Shown one piece after another: positions 26,966 through 35,668 of a stretch of DNA of 37,118 nt. A program made the position numbers and the translations under genes. The notes under the pieces are model-generated. The model ran no database searches and had not been told where the DNA came from. It worked only from the letters and a program-made list of their open reading frames with translations. The stretch spans positions 1-37,118 of IMG/VR virus record IMGVR_UViG_3300028633_000001. One strand, given 5' to 3'. Positions within the stretch are counted from its first letter, which is position 1. Every line of letters starts with the position of its first letter. The DNA is from a virus. Taxonomy: Duplodnaviria; Caudoviricetes.

Positions 26966-27778
26966 TTAACTAAATGCGAAACTGTCGTCCGATGGTTCGT
27001 TGACTTCAGGCGCGTCATCACGGAAGTCAAAGATCGCATCGGTCTTAAATGGCTTGGTGTCCTCTGAGATGATCTCAGTGAGGTTTAAGTCCAGCCACTC
27101 CATAAATGTCTCATCTCGCTCGATACGCTGCATATAGAGCTTTTTCGTATTGAGGTTGATGGCGACAAACCAGACATATTTACGTCCTGACGCGCGGAGC
27201 TGCCCCTGCATTTGCTTCCAGAACTTGCTATGTACACCGTCTTCGCTGAGTGCTGGGACGTGAACATCCGGCTCATCCGGCAATTGCTCCTCATCTTTTT
27301 TTGCTTTTGGAGCTTTTTTGCCTTTTTTCATAGTGCCGGCAAGTAATGCGCTGAAGCTCGCGTCGCGGAGCACCTTGGCCTCGGCAAGCGCATCGTCGCC
27401 GATGGCGCCGTCGGGGGAGGCGACAAAGTTATCGTTGTACCAGCAGCCGACCGGCAGGACTTCGAGCCCCGTGATTTTGGTGAACTGTTGAAGTGCGAAT
27501 GTTTCCAGTACTTGGCCGTCGAGCATGGCATCGGAAACGTAGTTGTTGTAGCTGACGCCGAATTGTCGTTCATACTGAATTTCGAGCTCGTAGTCGAGGC
27601 GTTTCTTAAGTTTTTGGCCGCGTGTCTTTTCGGCTTTGCTCACTGATAGGAAGTCTTCGAGACGGCTCGCTGATACTTTACCCTCGCGGCGCTTGTACCA
27701 GCCCGGAGTGCGCTGCGGGGTAGGATCGTAGAAAAATCCCTCCGCAGCGCTCAACGTGACAGTTGATAAATCGGCCAT
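26966..27778 (-). CDS. YqaJ / lambda-exonuclease-family nuclease
   Basis: QRTPGWY.RR.G.VSAS, ASPDG, EAK, QMQGQL motifs. Confidence 0.88.
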   Translation of the reverse strand: MADLSTVTLSAAEGFFYDPTPQRTPGWYKRREGKVSASRLEDFLSVSKAEKTRGQKLKKRLDYELEIQYERQFGVSYNNYVSDAMLDGQVLETFALQQFTKITGLEVLPVGCWYNDNFVASPDGAIGDDALAEAKVLRDASFSALLAGTMKKGKKAPKAKKDEEQLPDEPDVHVPALSEDGVHSKFWKQMQGQLRASGRKYVWFVAINLNTKKLYMQRIERDETFMEWLDLNLTEIISEDTKPFKTDAIFDFRDDAPEVNEPSDDSFAFS

Positions 27779-28329
27779 TATTTAAATGGGAACACTTCGT
27801 TTATGTTTTCACTTGTGATCTCTTCGCCGCCACCAACATCTTTTTTGACAGAATCGGCTGCATTAGTCGATGGTGTTGGAGTGAATCGTGGTTCGTAGCC
27901 ATAAAGATTACGGTTTGCGTTTTTGTATGATTTACCGCTTGAAGGGTTAGTATATGTTTCACCGGTGTACTGTACGAGCAACCAGCAATCTTTGCCACGC
28001 AGTGCATCACAGAGCTTGAGCAATTCCTCGGTGTTTTTGCATTTGTCAACCATCGCGCGGACTTCATCCTTTTTCTTTTCCACAGTATTGTGGACAAATA
28101 TGCTACGAATAGTATTGAAGCTATATGGCTTGGCTTTGTCGGTGAAGTACACGCGGACTTTGCCCTCTTGACCCTCGGCACCCGCTACCTCGAACTCGAA
28201 GAACTCTGAGCCTTTATCGGTTTCGCCACCGGTGACATCGATGATCTGAACAGGGTACACACCCTCTTCGTAAAATCCAGCGCCGCCTTGTGCAATTTCT
28301 TTTTTGTCGTCGTCGTTAAAATCAGCCAT
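27778..28329 (-). CDS. Putative ssDNA-binding protein (DUF669-like OB fold)
   Basis: EG.Y.V.I.DV pattern, acidic tail ending PF, located between Sak4 and exonuclease. Confidence 0.7.
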   Translation of the reverse strand: MADFNDDDKKEIAQGGAGFYEEGVYPVQIIDVTGGETDKGSEFFEFEVAGAEGQEGKVRVYFTDKAKPYSFNTIRSIFVHNTVEKKKDEVRAMVDKCKNTEELLKLCDALRGKDCWLLVQYTGETYTNPSSGKSYKNANRNLYGYEPRFTPTPSTNAADSVKKDVGGGEEITSENINEVFPFK

Positions 28330-28330
28330 A

Positions 28331-28612
28331 TTATTTTTCCTCCTCAGGATACATTATTGAATTACCATCGTGAACTCGTGCCTCTGGGCGCAATATTGTT
28401 TCGATAAGATCACCGACACGCCCGTTGACCGCTGTTTCCAACTCAAGCTCACGGCGCTCGTGATCTTTCATTTCGTCATCGTTGCGAACGCGTTCGATCC
28501 CATTTTTGAAATTAGTCATCGCTCGAAAACGATTCTCTTTTAGTGCGTGGGCAATTCGCTCCCGCTCACGCTTTACTCCGAGCTGATAAACCCATTTTAG
28601 AGCAGACAACAT
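28331..28612 (-). CDS. Hypothetical protein, 93 aa
   Basis: TAATG coupling. Confidence 0.75.
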   Translation of the reverse strand: MLSALKWVYQLGVKRERERIAHALKENRFRAMTNFKNGIERVRNDDEMKDHERRELELETAVNGRVGDLIETILRPEARVHDGNSIMYPEEEK

Positions 28613-29310
28613 TATCGTTTCGCAGTCCCAAGCTTAGTTTTTTTCTTCGGTAGTGTCCAGCCAATGGCCGCGAGGAACGTCTCTATCTCACCCAGATCGA
28701 CCTCACCAGCCATTATCTCACGCTTGCTGATGATATTTGCGCGGTACTTCTCACCATCGTAGTGAGTGAGTACTTGAGCATCCATGAAACGAGTGATGAG
28801 GCGAATATTCTTGAGCTCAGAGGCCAGAACCATCGCGCCGCTCATCTCGTCGAGCTGTCGTTTCGAGTAGCTCAAGATGATGACATTCTTTTTGAGCGTT
28901 GCCAGCGCTTCAGCGAAGTTTTGGACTTTCGCATTGAGCAGACCAGTCAACTTACCGTAAGCAATGTCGGTGAGTGCCTTCACGGGTTCGCCACCATTGC
29001 CACGGAGACCCATCTTGTTTGCGTCGGCGATGATCTCTTTCGTCATTATATCGACGATACCTTCGATAGTGTCGAGCACGATCGTTTTGTACTCAGGTTT
29101 TTTGAGCCCGAGCTGGATCGCTTCAGTGATGTCGGCAACGGTTTTGACGTTGACTGCATCGAGACCGGCCTTGGCCGCGTTACCATCGGTGCTGATGAAT
29201 AGCGGCGCAGGTGCCTTCGACGCTAATGTCGTTTTGCCCGAAAAGGGCTCACCGATGATTAAGAATTTTGAAGGTGCTTGTGGTGTTGCTTTCACGATTT
29301 CTACCGCCAT
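28612..29310 (-). CDS. Sak4-like (AAA_24) ssDNA annealing ATPase
   Basis: Walker A GEPFSGKT, FISTDGN, Walker B TIVLDTIE, DI.YGK; start by TAATG coupling. Confidence 0.85.
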   Translation of the reverse strand: MAVEIVKATPQAPSKFLIIGEPFSGKTTLASKAPAPLFISTDGNAAKAGLDAVNVKTVADITEAIQLGLKKPEYKTIVLDTIEGIVDIMTKEIIADANKMGLRGNGGEPVKALTDIAYGKLTGLLNAKVQNFAEALATLKKNVIILSYSKRQLDEMSGAMVLASELKNIRLITRFMDAQVLTHYDGEKYRANIISKREIMAGEVDLGEIETFLAAIGWTLPKKKTKLGTAKR

Positions 29311-29702
29311 TATATGTTCTCCCAAACCGCGTCCATGTCTTCATAGCCAAGACGTCGAACTTGATCGCGATCGATCAGACGAGGTTTGACTGGAATATCC
29401 ATATTGCGCTTGCGAGCTTCAGCTTTGAGCCCCTTGTTGATTGTCTGGCCGTGATTAACCTGCCACTGCAAAATATTCTTGAGGTGATCGTCATCGAGAT
29501 TGTGAACTGCGCGGGTTTCACCATCAGCAGTTGTCCAGATATAAATGTGGAGTTTTTTATTCTCTTTGATGAGCTCTTCGAGATATTGAGCCCGCTGCAT
29601 GAGCTGAAAAAGCTCGTTTGTAGCGTCGGCTAATTGCTCGGCCGCCTCTTTATCATAGATTTCGGCGGAGAACAACTTATCGTACTGCTTAGCTTCTGCC
29701 AT
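29310..29702 (-). CDS. Hypothetical protein, 130 aa
   Basis: AAGGAG RBS. Confidence 0.8.
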   Translation of the reverse strand: MAEAKQYDKLFSAEIYDKEAAEQLADATNELFQLMQRAQYLEELIKENKKLHIYIWTTADGETRAVHNLDDDHLKNILQWQVNHGQTINKGLKAEARKRNMDIPVKPRLIDRDQVRRLGYEDMDAVWENI

Positions 29703-29823
29703 TTTGTAGCTCCTTTACATAATTACGTTTACGGTTGCGTTTCATGCGACTTTTGGTTTCGAGTGGTTTTTTCGCTCGAGACCGCAAGTGCTGATTCATA
29801 TTCATTTGCTGTTTTGAGGCCAT
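29689..29823 (-). CDS. 44-aa basic peptide (MASKQQMNM...NGRS); not in ORF track
   Basis: AAGGAG RBS; fills gap between neighbours. Confidence 0.6.
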   Translation of the reverse strand: MASKQQMNMNQHLRSRAKKPLETKSRMKRNRKRNYVKELQNGRS

Positions 29824-29824
29824 A

Positions 29825-29989
29825 TTATTGCTCCTTTTCTTCGTTCATTGCTTTACGAATTATTGCCCGGACAACCGGCGCGACTTTTGTTTCGCCTTCA
29901 TCCGCTTTCCGATCGAGCCATTGTCGCATATCTTTCGGAACCGATAGATTGATAGTTGTGCGGTCTTCGCTATTTGGTTGCGTTGGCAT
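29825..29989 (-). CDS. Ribbon-helix-helix (Arc/CopG-like) regulator, 54 aa; not in ORF track
   Basis: AAGGAG RBS; TTINLSVPKDMRQWLDRKADEGETKVAPVVRAIIRKAM fits strand-helix-helix pattern. Confidence 0.8.
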   Translation of the reverse strand: MPTQPNSEDRTTINLSVPKDMRQWLDRKADEGETKVAPVVRAIIRKAMNEEKEQ

Positions 29990-30044
29990 GATTTTCTCCT
30001 TTCTTTATTCACAATCTTGCATCTCTGGAATATATTCGCTTGGT

Positions 30045-30398
30045 TCATTCTGGGATAACTGCATTGACATTCTCCTGATGATATTGTTTGAATGCTCGCT
30101 CAATCGTTTTTAACGCCCACTTGGTGATAATTTTTCGCCGGTTGAATCGGATAGGTTGCCACCAGTGCGGCAGATCATAGCGAGTATTGAGATCGCTTCG
30201 CATGTGGAACCATTTCTCGAAACTACTGAGCATCCGATTATATTCAGGGAGCGATTCAATCACGGTATATCCGTTGTGCTTCACGTATCTGACGCGGAAC
30301 TGCATCTTGCCGTATTCTTGGCTGACGACATATATGTAATACTCTTCAACCACAATCATCTTCACAAGATGGTCTTCCCAGTTCTGGCTATATATCAT
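30045..30398 (-). CDS. Hypothetical protein, 117 aa
   Basis: 4-nt overlap with upstream gene. Confidence 0.7.
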   Translation of the reverse strand: MIYSQNWEDHLVKMIVVEEYYIYVVSQEYGKMQFRVRYVKHNGYTVIESLPEYNRMLSSFEKWFHMRSDLNTRYDLPHWWQPIRFNRRKIITKWALKTIERAFKQYHQENVNAVIPE

Positions 30399-30772
30399 GC
30401 GTTATGCGTTCCGCTGATAACGCCAAATGCTTCGAGCCCGAGAATTTGAGATTTCAGCGCAGCACGAATCTTTCTACCGCGAGAGAGTTCAACTTCAGGC
30501 GCTAATTCAACTGCCGCCTTCATACTTGAGGCCGGAGTAAAGCTGAAGTCACTCTGACAATCCCAACCAGTGTAATCGCAACCGCCGACGCCGAGACCCC
30601 ATGTGCCATCTTTTTTCTTAATGACCCAATACCAGTCAGCCTCATCGTTCTCGCCATAAACAGCAGCGAGCACACCCTGTATTTCATCTACCGCGAGACC
30701 ACTTTGGTTGAAGTTGATCGCACTGTTGAGGTCACTATCGACCCCATGTAGATTTTCTAACATTTTTGCCAT
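30395..30772 (-). CDS. Hypothetical protein, 125 aa
   Basis: GAGG RBS and TATAAT upstream. Confidence 0.8.
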   Translation of the reverse strand: MAKMLENLHGVDSDLNSAINFNQSGLAVDEIQGVLAAVYGENDEADWYWVIKKKDGTWGLGVGGCDYTGWDCQSDFSFTPASSMKAAVELAPEVELSRGRKIRAALKSQILGLEAFGVISGTHNA

Positions 30773-30824
30773 CTGTAATCCCTCACTTTGCTTGATTGAT
30801 TAAGTTTGATTATATTCCTTTTCA

Positions 30825-31220
30825 TCATAATTTAGCAAGCACTTTTTGCTGTAGTTTTTCCGCTATGTGGAAAACTCGCTTCGCCTCATCTATAGTGCGT
30901 ATCTCGCCTGTGTGGAAAACGTATCCGAGTTCCCGATTCATATACGCATATATCTGCCCGCGCTTCATATGCTTGTTCTGCCATATTGGATCGATCAGAT
31001 CATGGATCGCGACGCGCCACTTCAGCATCTCAGCTGTACAGAGGATACCGAGCGGCCGAGTAGGTTTATCGGTCTTATGATGACACCCGACCCACGTACC
31101 GCACGCGTCGTGCGTCCAGAACGGGATCGCCGCTAAGTCCGGCCGGTGCGGGTACCGCTCCGCCCCCGAGCTCAACCTTGCATCCACTACTTGTTCGCAG
31201 CCCATGCAATATATTTTCAT
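30825..31220 (-). CDS. Zn-finger protein (DUF3268-like)
   Basis: CxxC, CGTWVGCH, PLG.L, R..IH..IDPIW, HTGE motifs. Confidence 0.78.
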   Translation of the reverse strand: MKIYCMGCEQVVDARLSSGAERYPHRPDLAAIPFWTHDACGTWVGCHHKTDKPTRPLGILCTAEMLKWRVAIHDLIDPIWQNKHMKRGQIYAYMNRELGYVFHTGEIRTIDEAKRVFHIAEKLQQKVLAKL

Positions 31221-31429
31221 TGCATTTGCATCTCAAGGTTCGGCGGATAGTCAGGGTTATTGAGACCCACTTTTTCCAGTTTCGATAAGCTCCACGATAT
31301 TTTTTTACTCTTCGGATCAATTTTTTCGGTGTATATATACAACGTGCCGGACTTCGGACTCTTGAGTAATTTTACCGTAGTTGGATCGGGAAACCCGCCG
31401 AGATTGACCGTTGCTTCGTTTTTCATCAT
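31217..31429 (-). CDS. Hypothetical protein, 70 aa
   Basis: ATGA overlaps on both sides. Confidence 0.7.
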   Translation of the reverse strand: MMKNEATVNLGGFPDPTTVKLLKSPKSGTLYIYTEKIDPKSKKISWSLSKLEKVGLNNPDYPPNLEMQMQ

Positions 31430-31782
31430 TTCTCCCTCACGATTAGATTTAATACTCCAAGCTCACACGCCTGTATATCATCAATGGCAATATCAGGGAC
31501 GAACTCAGTGCCGAATTTGATTTTGCCGTCTTCGCCACGGCCGAGATAAATTTTATCCATATACTGCCAGACGTATTTATCCAGACCGAGCTCACGGCCA
31601 ACTTGTCGTGCCCACACTTCACCGCCACCAGACCATATTACAATTCGAACATTTTTGAATGATGCCAAAATAACGAGTAACGTGCGGATGCGTTCGTTCG
31701 CTACAACCCTCTTCGTTTCGGCGCTATCAGTGGTGACGAGTGTGCCATCACAATCAAATGCTACAGTAATTTTCTGCATCAT
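31426..31782 (-). CDS. Minimal HAD-superfamily phosphatase-like protein
   Basis: AFDCDGTL, IWSGGG, IAIDD motifs. Confidence 0.8.
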   Translation of the reverse strand: MMQKITVAFDCDGTLVTTDSAETKRVVANERIRTLLVILASFKNVRIVIWSGGGEVWARQVGRELGLDKYVWQYMDKIYLGRGEDGKIKFGTEFVPDIAIDDIQACELGVLNLIVREK

Positions 31783-31979
31783 TCACGCTCCACTATCGCT
31801 TTTACAATATCCGTTATATTGACCTGAAAATCTTCTTTGTCAATATTCACGAACAGTGTCGCTTTATTGAGCGTGCATATCACGCGTATCTTTTTGCCAT
31901 TGACCGTACCGGTCGCGATTTCTTCGTGTAGAACAAACGGTGGTTCATGCAATTTTTTGACTTCGAGTATAGTTTTCAT
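31779..31979 (-). CDS. Hypothetical protein, 66 aa
   Basis: AAGGAG RBS; coupling. Confidence 0.7.
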   Translation of the reverse strand: MKTILEVKKLHEPPFVLHEEIATGTVNGKKIRVICTLNKATLFVNIDKEDFQVNITDIVKAIVERE

Positions 31980-32113
31980 TATTTAGTCTCTCCTTCAAAC
32001 ATTAAATATTCCATCCAGTACCAATCAGTACGCATCCGCTCTCTCTCGAGATGACTGCTACGATCAAATTTTTCTTGATAAGCAATCTCAAACTCTTTTG
32101 TGAATCGTTTCAT
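31979..32113 (-). CDS. 44-aa hypothetical (MKRFTKEF...GETK); not in ORF track
   Basis: TAATG coupling with downstream gene. Confidence 0.55.
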   Translation of the reverse strand: MKRFTKEFEIAYQEKFDRSSHLERERMRTDWYWMEYLMFEGETK

Positions 32114-32139
32114 ATATCGTTTAAATAGCCAGTAAAACA

Positions 32140-33381
32140 TTATTTCACCTTCCATTGTGTTGCTTGAAAATTGTTTTTGCCACGCAGACAGTCATATATA
32201 TCCTCTTCAATGCTGTTCGGCGTTCGGAAATTGTAAAACGTTGTCTTGCTTGTTTGCCCGTGACGATAGACGCGGCCGACGGACTGGATATATTCGGCGA
32301 AACTATATGTCGGGCTGAAATACACGACAGTCGTGGCGTATGTCATTTCGACGCCGGTGCTACCTGATTTATAATGCGCGAGCGTGATCGATCGTTCGAT
32401 ATTCGGCCACTCTTCTTTCGGCGGCACTTCATGCGCGTGGCCGTTCTGTTCGATCAGGCGACGAGATTTGAATTTTTTATCGATCAGTGCTTTTATTGCG
32501 TCACGCTCAATTTCGTAATTATAGAAAATTACCATGTTATCACTCGTCGCTTCGATCAAGTCTTCGAGATATGCCATTTTCGGTTTCACGAGTGTCTTGC
32601 GGAGCGCGTGCGCGAGTGCCGACGGATTATCGAGTACAGTACCGTCCGCGCCCTTCCGAGTCAGAATCGTTTGCGTGTATTCGGTCGGACGATCAAAATC
32701 TACACCCTTGAATGTTCGATCCGGCAGCTCAATAGCCTGTGCTTTCGTGAGACGTTTACTCATACCTTGCCAGTATCGCGCCATCTCGTCCTCATGCCAG
32801 TAATTTTTCAGCTCTGGGAACCCCTTGAATGTCACATAGTTGGTATATCGCTTTTTAAAGTCCGTGATATTGCGGACGAGGCCAAAGATTTTCATATAAT
32901 TCGTAAAGTCAATCCATCCATTCGGTAGTGGAGTTGCCGACAAACCTACAAAGAAGTCAGCATCTTTCGCAGCCCAATACAACGCTTTTCCGGTATTACT
33001 TTGTGAATTTTTCGCCTTGTGAACCTCGTCCGCAATAACGGCGTATTGTCGGCCGCCATAATGTGGCGCGTATTTGTGCCAGAGACTCCGTGAACCCTTC
33101 AGAAATTGTTGTGTCGTCGGGTTACGTGAGAACTTCTCATAGCTATACACCTCATAGTGTGGCGGGATACGCCCTTCAAAATACTCTTTGATATCTCTAT
33201 CCCAGTCCCGCGTCCGTACTTTTGACGCGGGTGCTAGGATCAATAGGGGCACGCCGTTGGCGTGTTTCTCATAATGAGCGAGCGCCATGAAAGTCTTGCC
33301 CGTCCCGGTGTCGGCGGCGAGGAAAGCGCGGGGCGGCAGGGCGGCGAGATATGCCTCTTGGTACGGGAATAACTTAATCAT
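32140..33381 (-). CDS. SNF2-like SF2 helicase
   Basis: LFPYQ, DTGTGKT, IADEVH, LSATP, QSVGRVYRHGQ. Confidence 0.92.
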   Translation of the reverse strand: MIKLFPYQEAYLAALPPRAFLAADTGTGKTFMALAHYEKHANGVPLLILAPASKVRTRDWDRDIKEYFEGRIPPHYEVYSYEKFSRNPTTQQFLKGSRSLWHKYAPHYGGRQYAVIADEVHKAKNSQSNTGKALYWAAKDADFFVGLSATPLPNGWIDFTNYMKIFGLVRNITDFKKRYTNYVTFKGFPELKNYWHEDEMARYWQGMSKRLTKAQAIELPDRTFKGVDFDRPTEYTQTILTRKGADGTVLDNPSALAHALRKTLVKPKMAYLEDLIEATSDNMVIFYNYEIERDAIKALIDKKFKSRRLIEQNGHAHEVPPKEEWPNIERSITLAHYKSGSTGVEMTYATTVVYFSPTYSFAEYIQSVGRVYRHGQTSKTTFYNFRTPNSIEEDIYDCLRGKNNFQATQWKVK

Positions 33382-33491
33382 GATGACTTAATCGCTCTCT
33401 GTTTCTTGCTTAATTTAATGACTTTTCGCTTGCGTAACTGATGCCGGAGTGGTTTTCTCAAAATGCCCTTCGGCGCGTTATGTGCTACCAT
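33378..33491 (-). CDS. 37-aa basic peptide (MVAHNAPKG...IKSS); not in ORF track
   Basis: AGGGGGG RBS; ATGA overlap with helicase. Confidence 0.55.
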   Translation of the reverse strand: MVAHNAPKGILRKPLRHQLRKRKVIKLSKKQRAIKSS

Positions 33492-33504
33492 ATACCCCCC
33501 TACC

Positions 33505-33708
33505 CTACATTGAACTGATTTTATATGCGAGTCGCGCCTGTTTAATCAGTAGCTTATATTTTTTAATATCGTTTTTCAATTTCTTGATCTCTTGCTTATG
33601 CTTTTTGATCGCGATATCTCGAGTTTCTTTTGCCATGTTGACATTTACTTCTTTCATTGTTTTAATTTTTGTTTGCTTGCGTGGAGTTGCGATAAAATCT
33701 GTATCCAT
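33505..33708 (-). CDS. Basic coiled-coil hypothetical protein
   Basis: AGGGGG RBS. Confidence 0.7.
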   Translation of the reverse strand: MDTDFIATPRKQTKIKTMKEVNVNMAKETRDIAIKKHKQEIKKLKNDIKKYKLLIKQARLAYKISSM

Positions 33709-33780
33709 GCTGCCCCCTATTTAGTTTTTTGGTATATCCGGCGGTGCGCTAATTTTTCGCGTTTACCGTCCGCCGTGGTG

Positions 33781-34158
33781 CTATGCGTGTTCCGGGACTC
33801 CGGCCGCCTCAAGTAGTTCAACGTCGCCGGGTTCGATGTAGTTCGATAGCCCCATCAATTCGTTCGACTCGCCGTAACTCATGCGCTCCGCTCGCAATTC
33901 GCCGCGCAGGTACTCGAGACGCCGCCGCGCGATCCTCTCGCCATACCCGTTGTGCTTGCGTATATGATATGATCTGATTTTGTGGCGTATCTGCTCGAGT
34001 GTATTCGCCGTGAGCTCGACCACTTGATATGTGTTGCCGTCGGCGGTGTATGCCTCCCACGGCCAACCGGTGATATCGTTGTCTTTTATTTCTGGGTTAT
34101 GCTTGATGGCAAAACCCATATACCAGCTGTGAGGCTCAAATTCGATGTGTAACGACAT
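33781..34158 (-). CDS. Hypothetical protein, 125 aa
   Basis: GAGG RBS; adjacent to upstream stop. Confidence 0.75.
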   Translation of the reverse strand: MSLHIEFEPHSWYMGFAIKHNPEIKDNDITGWPWEAYTADGNTYQVVELTANTLEQIRHKIRSYHIRKHNGYGERIARRRLEYLRGELRAERMSYGESNELMGLSNYIEPGDVELLEAAGVPEHA

Positions 34159-34159
34159 A

Positions 34160-34702
34160 TTATTTAATCCTCAATCTATCAGAGATAGGCCAACTCAACT
34201 TGTCGTTATACGCTTTTACAATTGCCTCGACTTTATCATGCTCCGCTTTCAAGTCGTCGATGTGCGCGAGATTGTCACGAAATTTTGCGAGAGAGCTTTT
34301 CAAGTATTCTATGCGATCTTTCGCCGCTTTCACGTAATCATTAGCGCTGGTGATGCTGTATGAGTAATCAGATTCGCTTTTCTCGCGCATACGGTACTCC
34401 CGTTTGTCAGTGTCCCAGTCCACCGCTTGACCTTTGTAATAAAATGTGATGCGATATTTTGCCTCATCAGAGAACTCATCACGAGTCATGCCAAAATTGA
34501 CGAGCGGGAAAATTTTGTCTTCGCCATTCATGCCCCATTGTGGATAAACTTGTGTGCCAAATTTTTCGCTTGACATTTTGTCTAAATATGTTTGATAGCG
34601 TTTATTAAACTGCCCGCTATAGTTAGTGCTCGCGATAAATTCATAGATTTCGATCATTTTCTCGGCGTTATATATTGCCGCCTCGAGTTGTAACTTTTCC
34701 AT
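34160..34702 (-). CDS. Hypothetical protein, 180 aa
   Basis: Long ORF in early block. Confidence 0.78.
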   Translation of the reverse strand: MEKLQLEAAIYNAEKMIEIYEFIASTNYSGQFNKRYQTYLDKMSSEKFGTQVYPQWGMNGEDKIFPLVNFGMTRDEFSDEAKYRITFYYKGQAVDWDTDKREYRMREKSESDYSYSITSANDYVKAAKDRIEYLKSSLAKFRDNLAHIDDLKAEHDKVEAIVKAYNDKLSWPISDRLRIK

Positions 34703-34743
34703 GATGTCTTTCTGGGCGGTATAAGCGCCGCCCCGCTTTCAAA

Positions 34744-34932
34744 TTAGTTATTTAATGCGTACTGTTTTTTATATTCGTCAATCGCTGCTTTCACTACTGA
34801 GAGGAGTTTGTGACGCGCTTTCAATAATGTAATGCGTTTGCCGTCGTCGTCTCGGGTGAATATCTCGACATAATAGACGGGTTTGGTTGCGTCGTAGTTG
34901 ATAGTCACGCCGCGATATTCGATATATTCCAT
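34744..34932 (-). CDS. Hypothetical protein (MEYIEYRG...)
   Basis: Start immediately after upstream stop. Confidence 0.65.
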   Translation of the reverse strand: MEYIEYRGVTINYDATKPVYYVEIFTRDDDGKRITLLKARHKLLSVVKAAIDEYKKQYALNN

Positions 34933-34933
34933 C

Positions 34934-35245
34934 TTATGCGCCCATCCATCGACTGTTGAGAGGGAGGCCAAAATGCGCCAATGTCTCGCGCCCTGTGATA
35001 CTAACCATCATATAGCCGTATTGTGCCGCCTCAAGTGCTGTCACCGCTTGCGCTTTCGTGATCTTTTTATAGTTCACGGGCAATGGCTTTTTCATATCTG
35101 GATACCGTTGTGTGACGCGTCGGAGTGTTACCCTTTTCAGGTTTGTAACTACTCCGCTATTAGTGATGATTGCGTCGGCCGTGGTGGTTTTGATAAAACC
35201 ATTGTGCGCCTCGCCATCAGTGATTTCATATACTGGAATTTTCAT
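34934..35245 (-). CDS. Hypothetical protein, 103 aa
   Basis: GGAG RBS. Confidence 0.7.
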   Translation of the reverse strand: MKIPVYEITDGEAHNGFIKTTTADAIITNSGVVTNLKRVTLRRVTQRYPDMKKPLPVNYKKITKAQAVTALEAAQYGYMMVSITGRETLAHFGLPLNSRWMGA

Positions 35246-35322
35246 AATTGTACTCCGTCGATGATCGCCTCAAGTGCTATGCGTTCTGCTAATGACATGA
35301 TGTTACTCGCTTTTCTACGCAA

Positions 35323-35427
35323 TTATTGCGTAATGATGTTGATAATAGGTTCGATTGAGAGGAGTGTGACACCGATGATAAGCGCGAACGCCCACTCTTT
35401 AATCTCTTTTATGATGAATCGTTTCAT
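35323..35427 (-). CDS. 34-aa single-TM peptide, first gene of early operon
   Basis: MKRFIIKEIKEWAFALIIGVTLLSI; GAGAGAG upstream. Confidence 0.55.
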   Translation of the reverse strand: MKRFIIKEIKEWAFALIIGVTLLSIEPIINIITQ

Positions 35428-35614
35428 ACTCTCTCTTTCGTTTTGTGCCATTGTGGGCAGGTCATCGCGGCTAGTGGTCTTATCAGACTGTGATGCTAGA
35501 CGCGGTGATATACCCACAATGTTTACTGTTTATGTGTGACTGGTAGAACTTAATTGACTGTGACCAGATGCTTATGTGCTTGTGTTCGGGTCGTTGTCGT
35601 TCGGTTCTGTAAAC

Positions 35615-35643
35615 ATCATAGCGCGTTATGTGATGAATGTCAA
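35615..35643 (-). promoter_or_regulatory. Strong sigma70-type early promoter
   Basis: TTGACA-17 bp-TATGAT facing the minus-strand block. Confidence 0.85.
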
Positions 35644-35668
35644 CAGTTTTTATCAATAATAATCACAG

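Noticed and set aside
29860-30048. 62-aa minus-strand ORF in the track
   Set aside because: Out-of-frame shadow of the RHH gene, which has a proper RBS and fold pattern
34539-34547. Second perfect DnaA box (TGTGGATAA)
   Set aside because: Isolated and inside a coding region; compatible with chance
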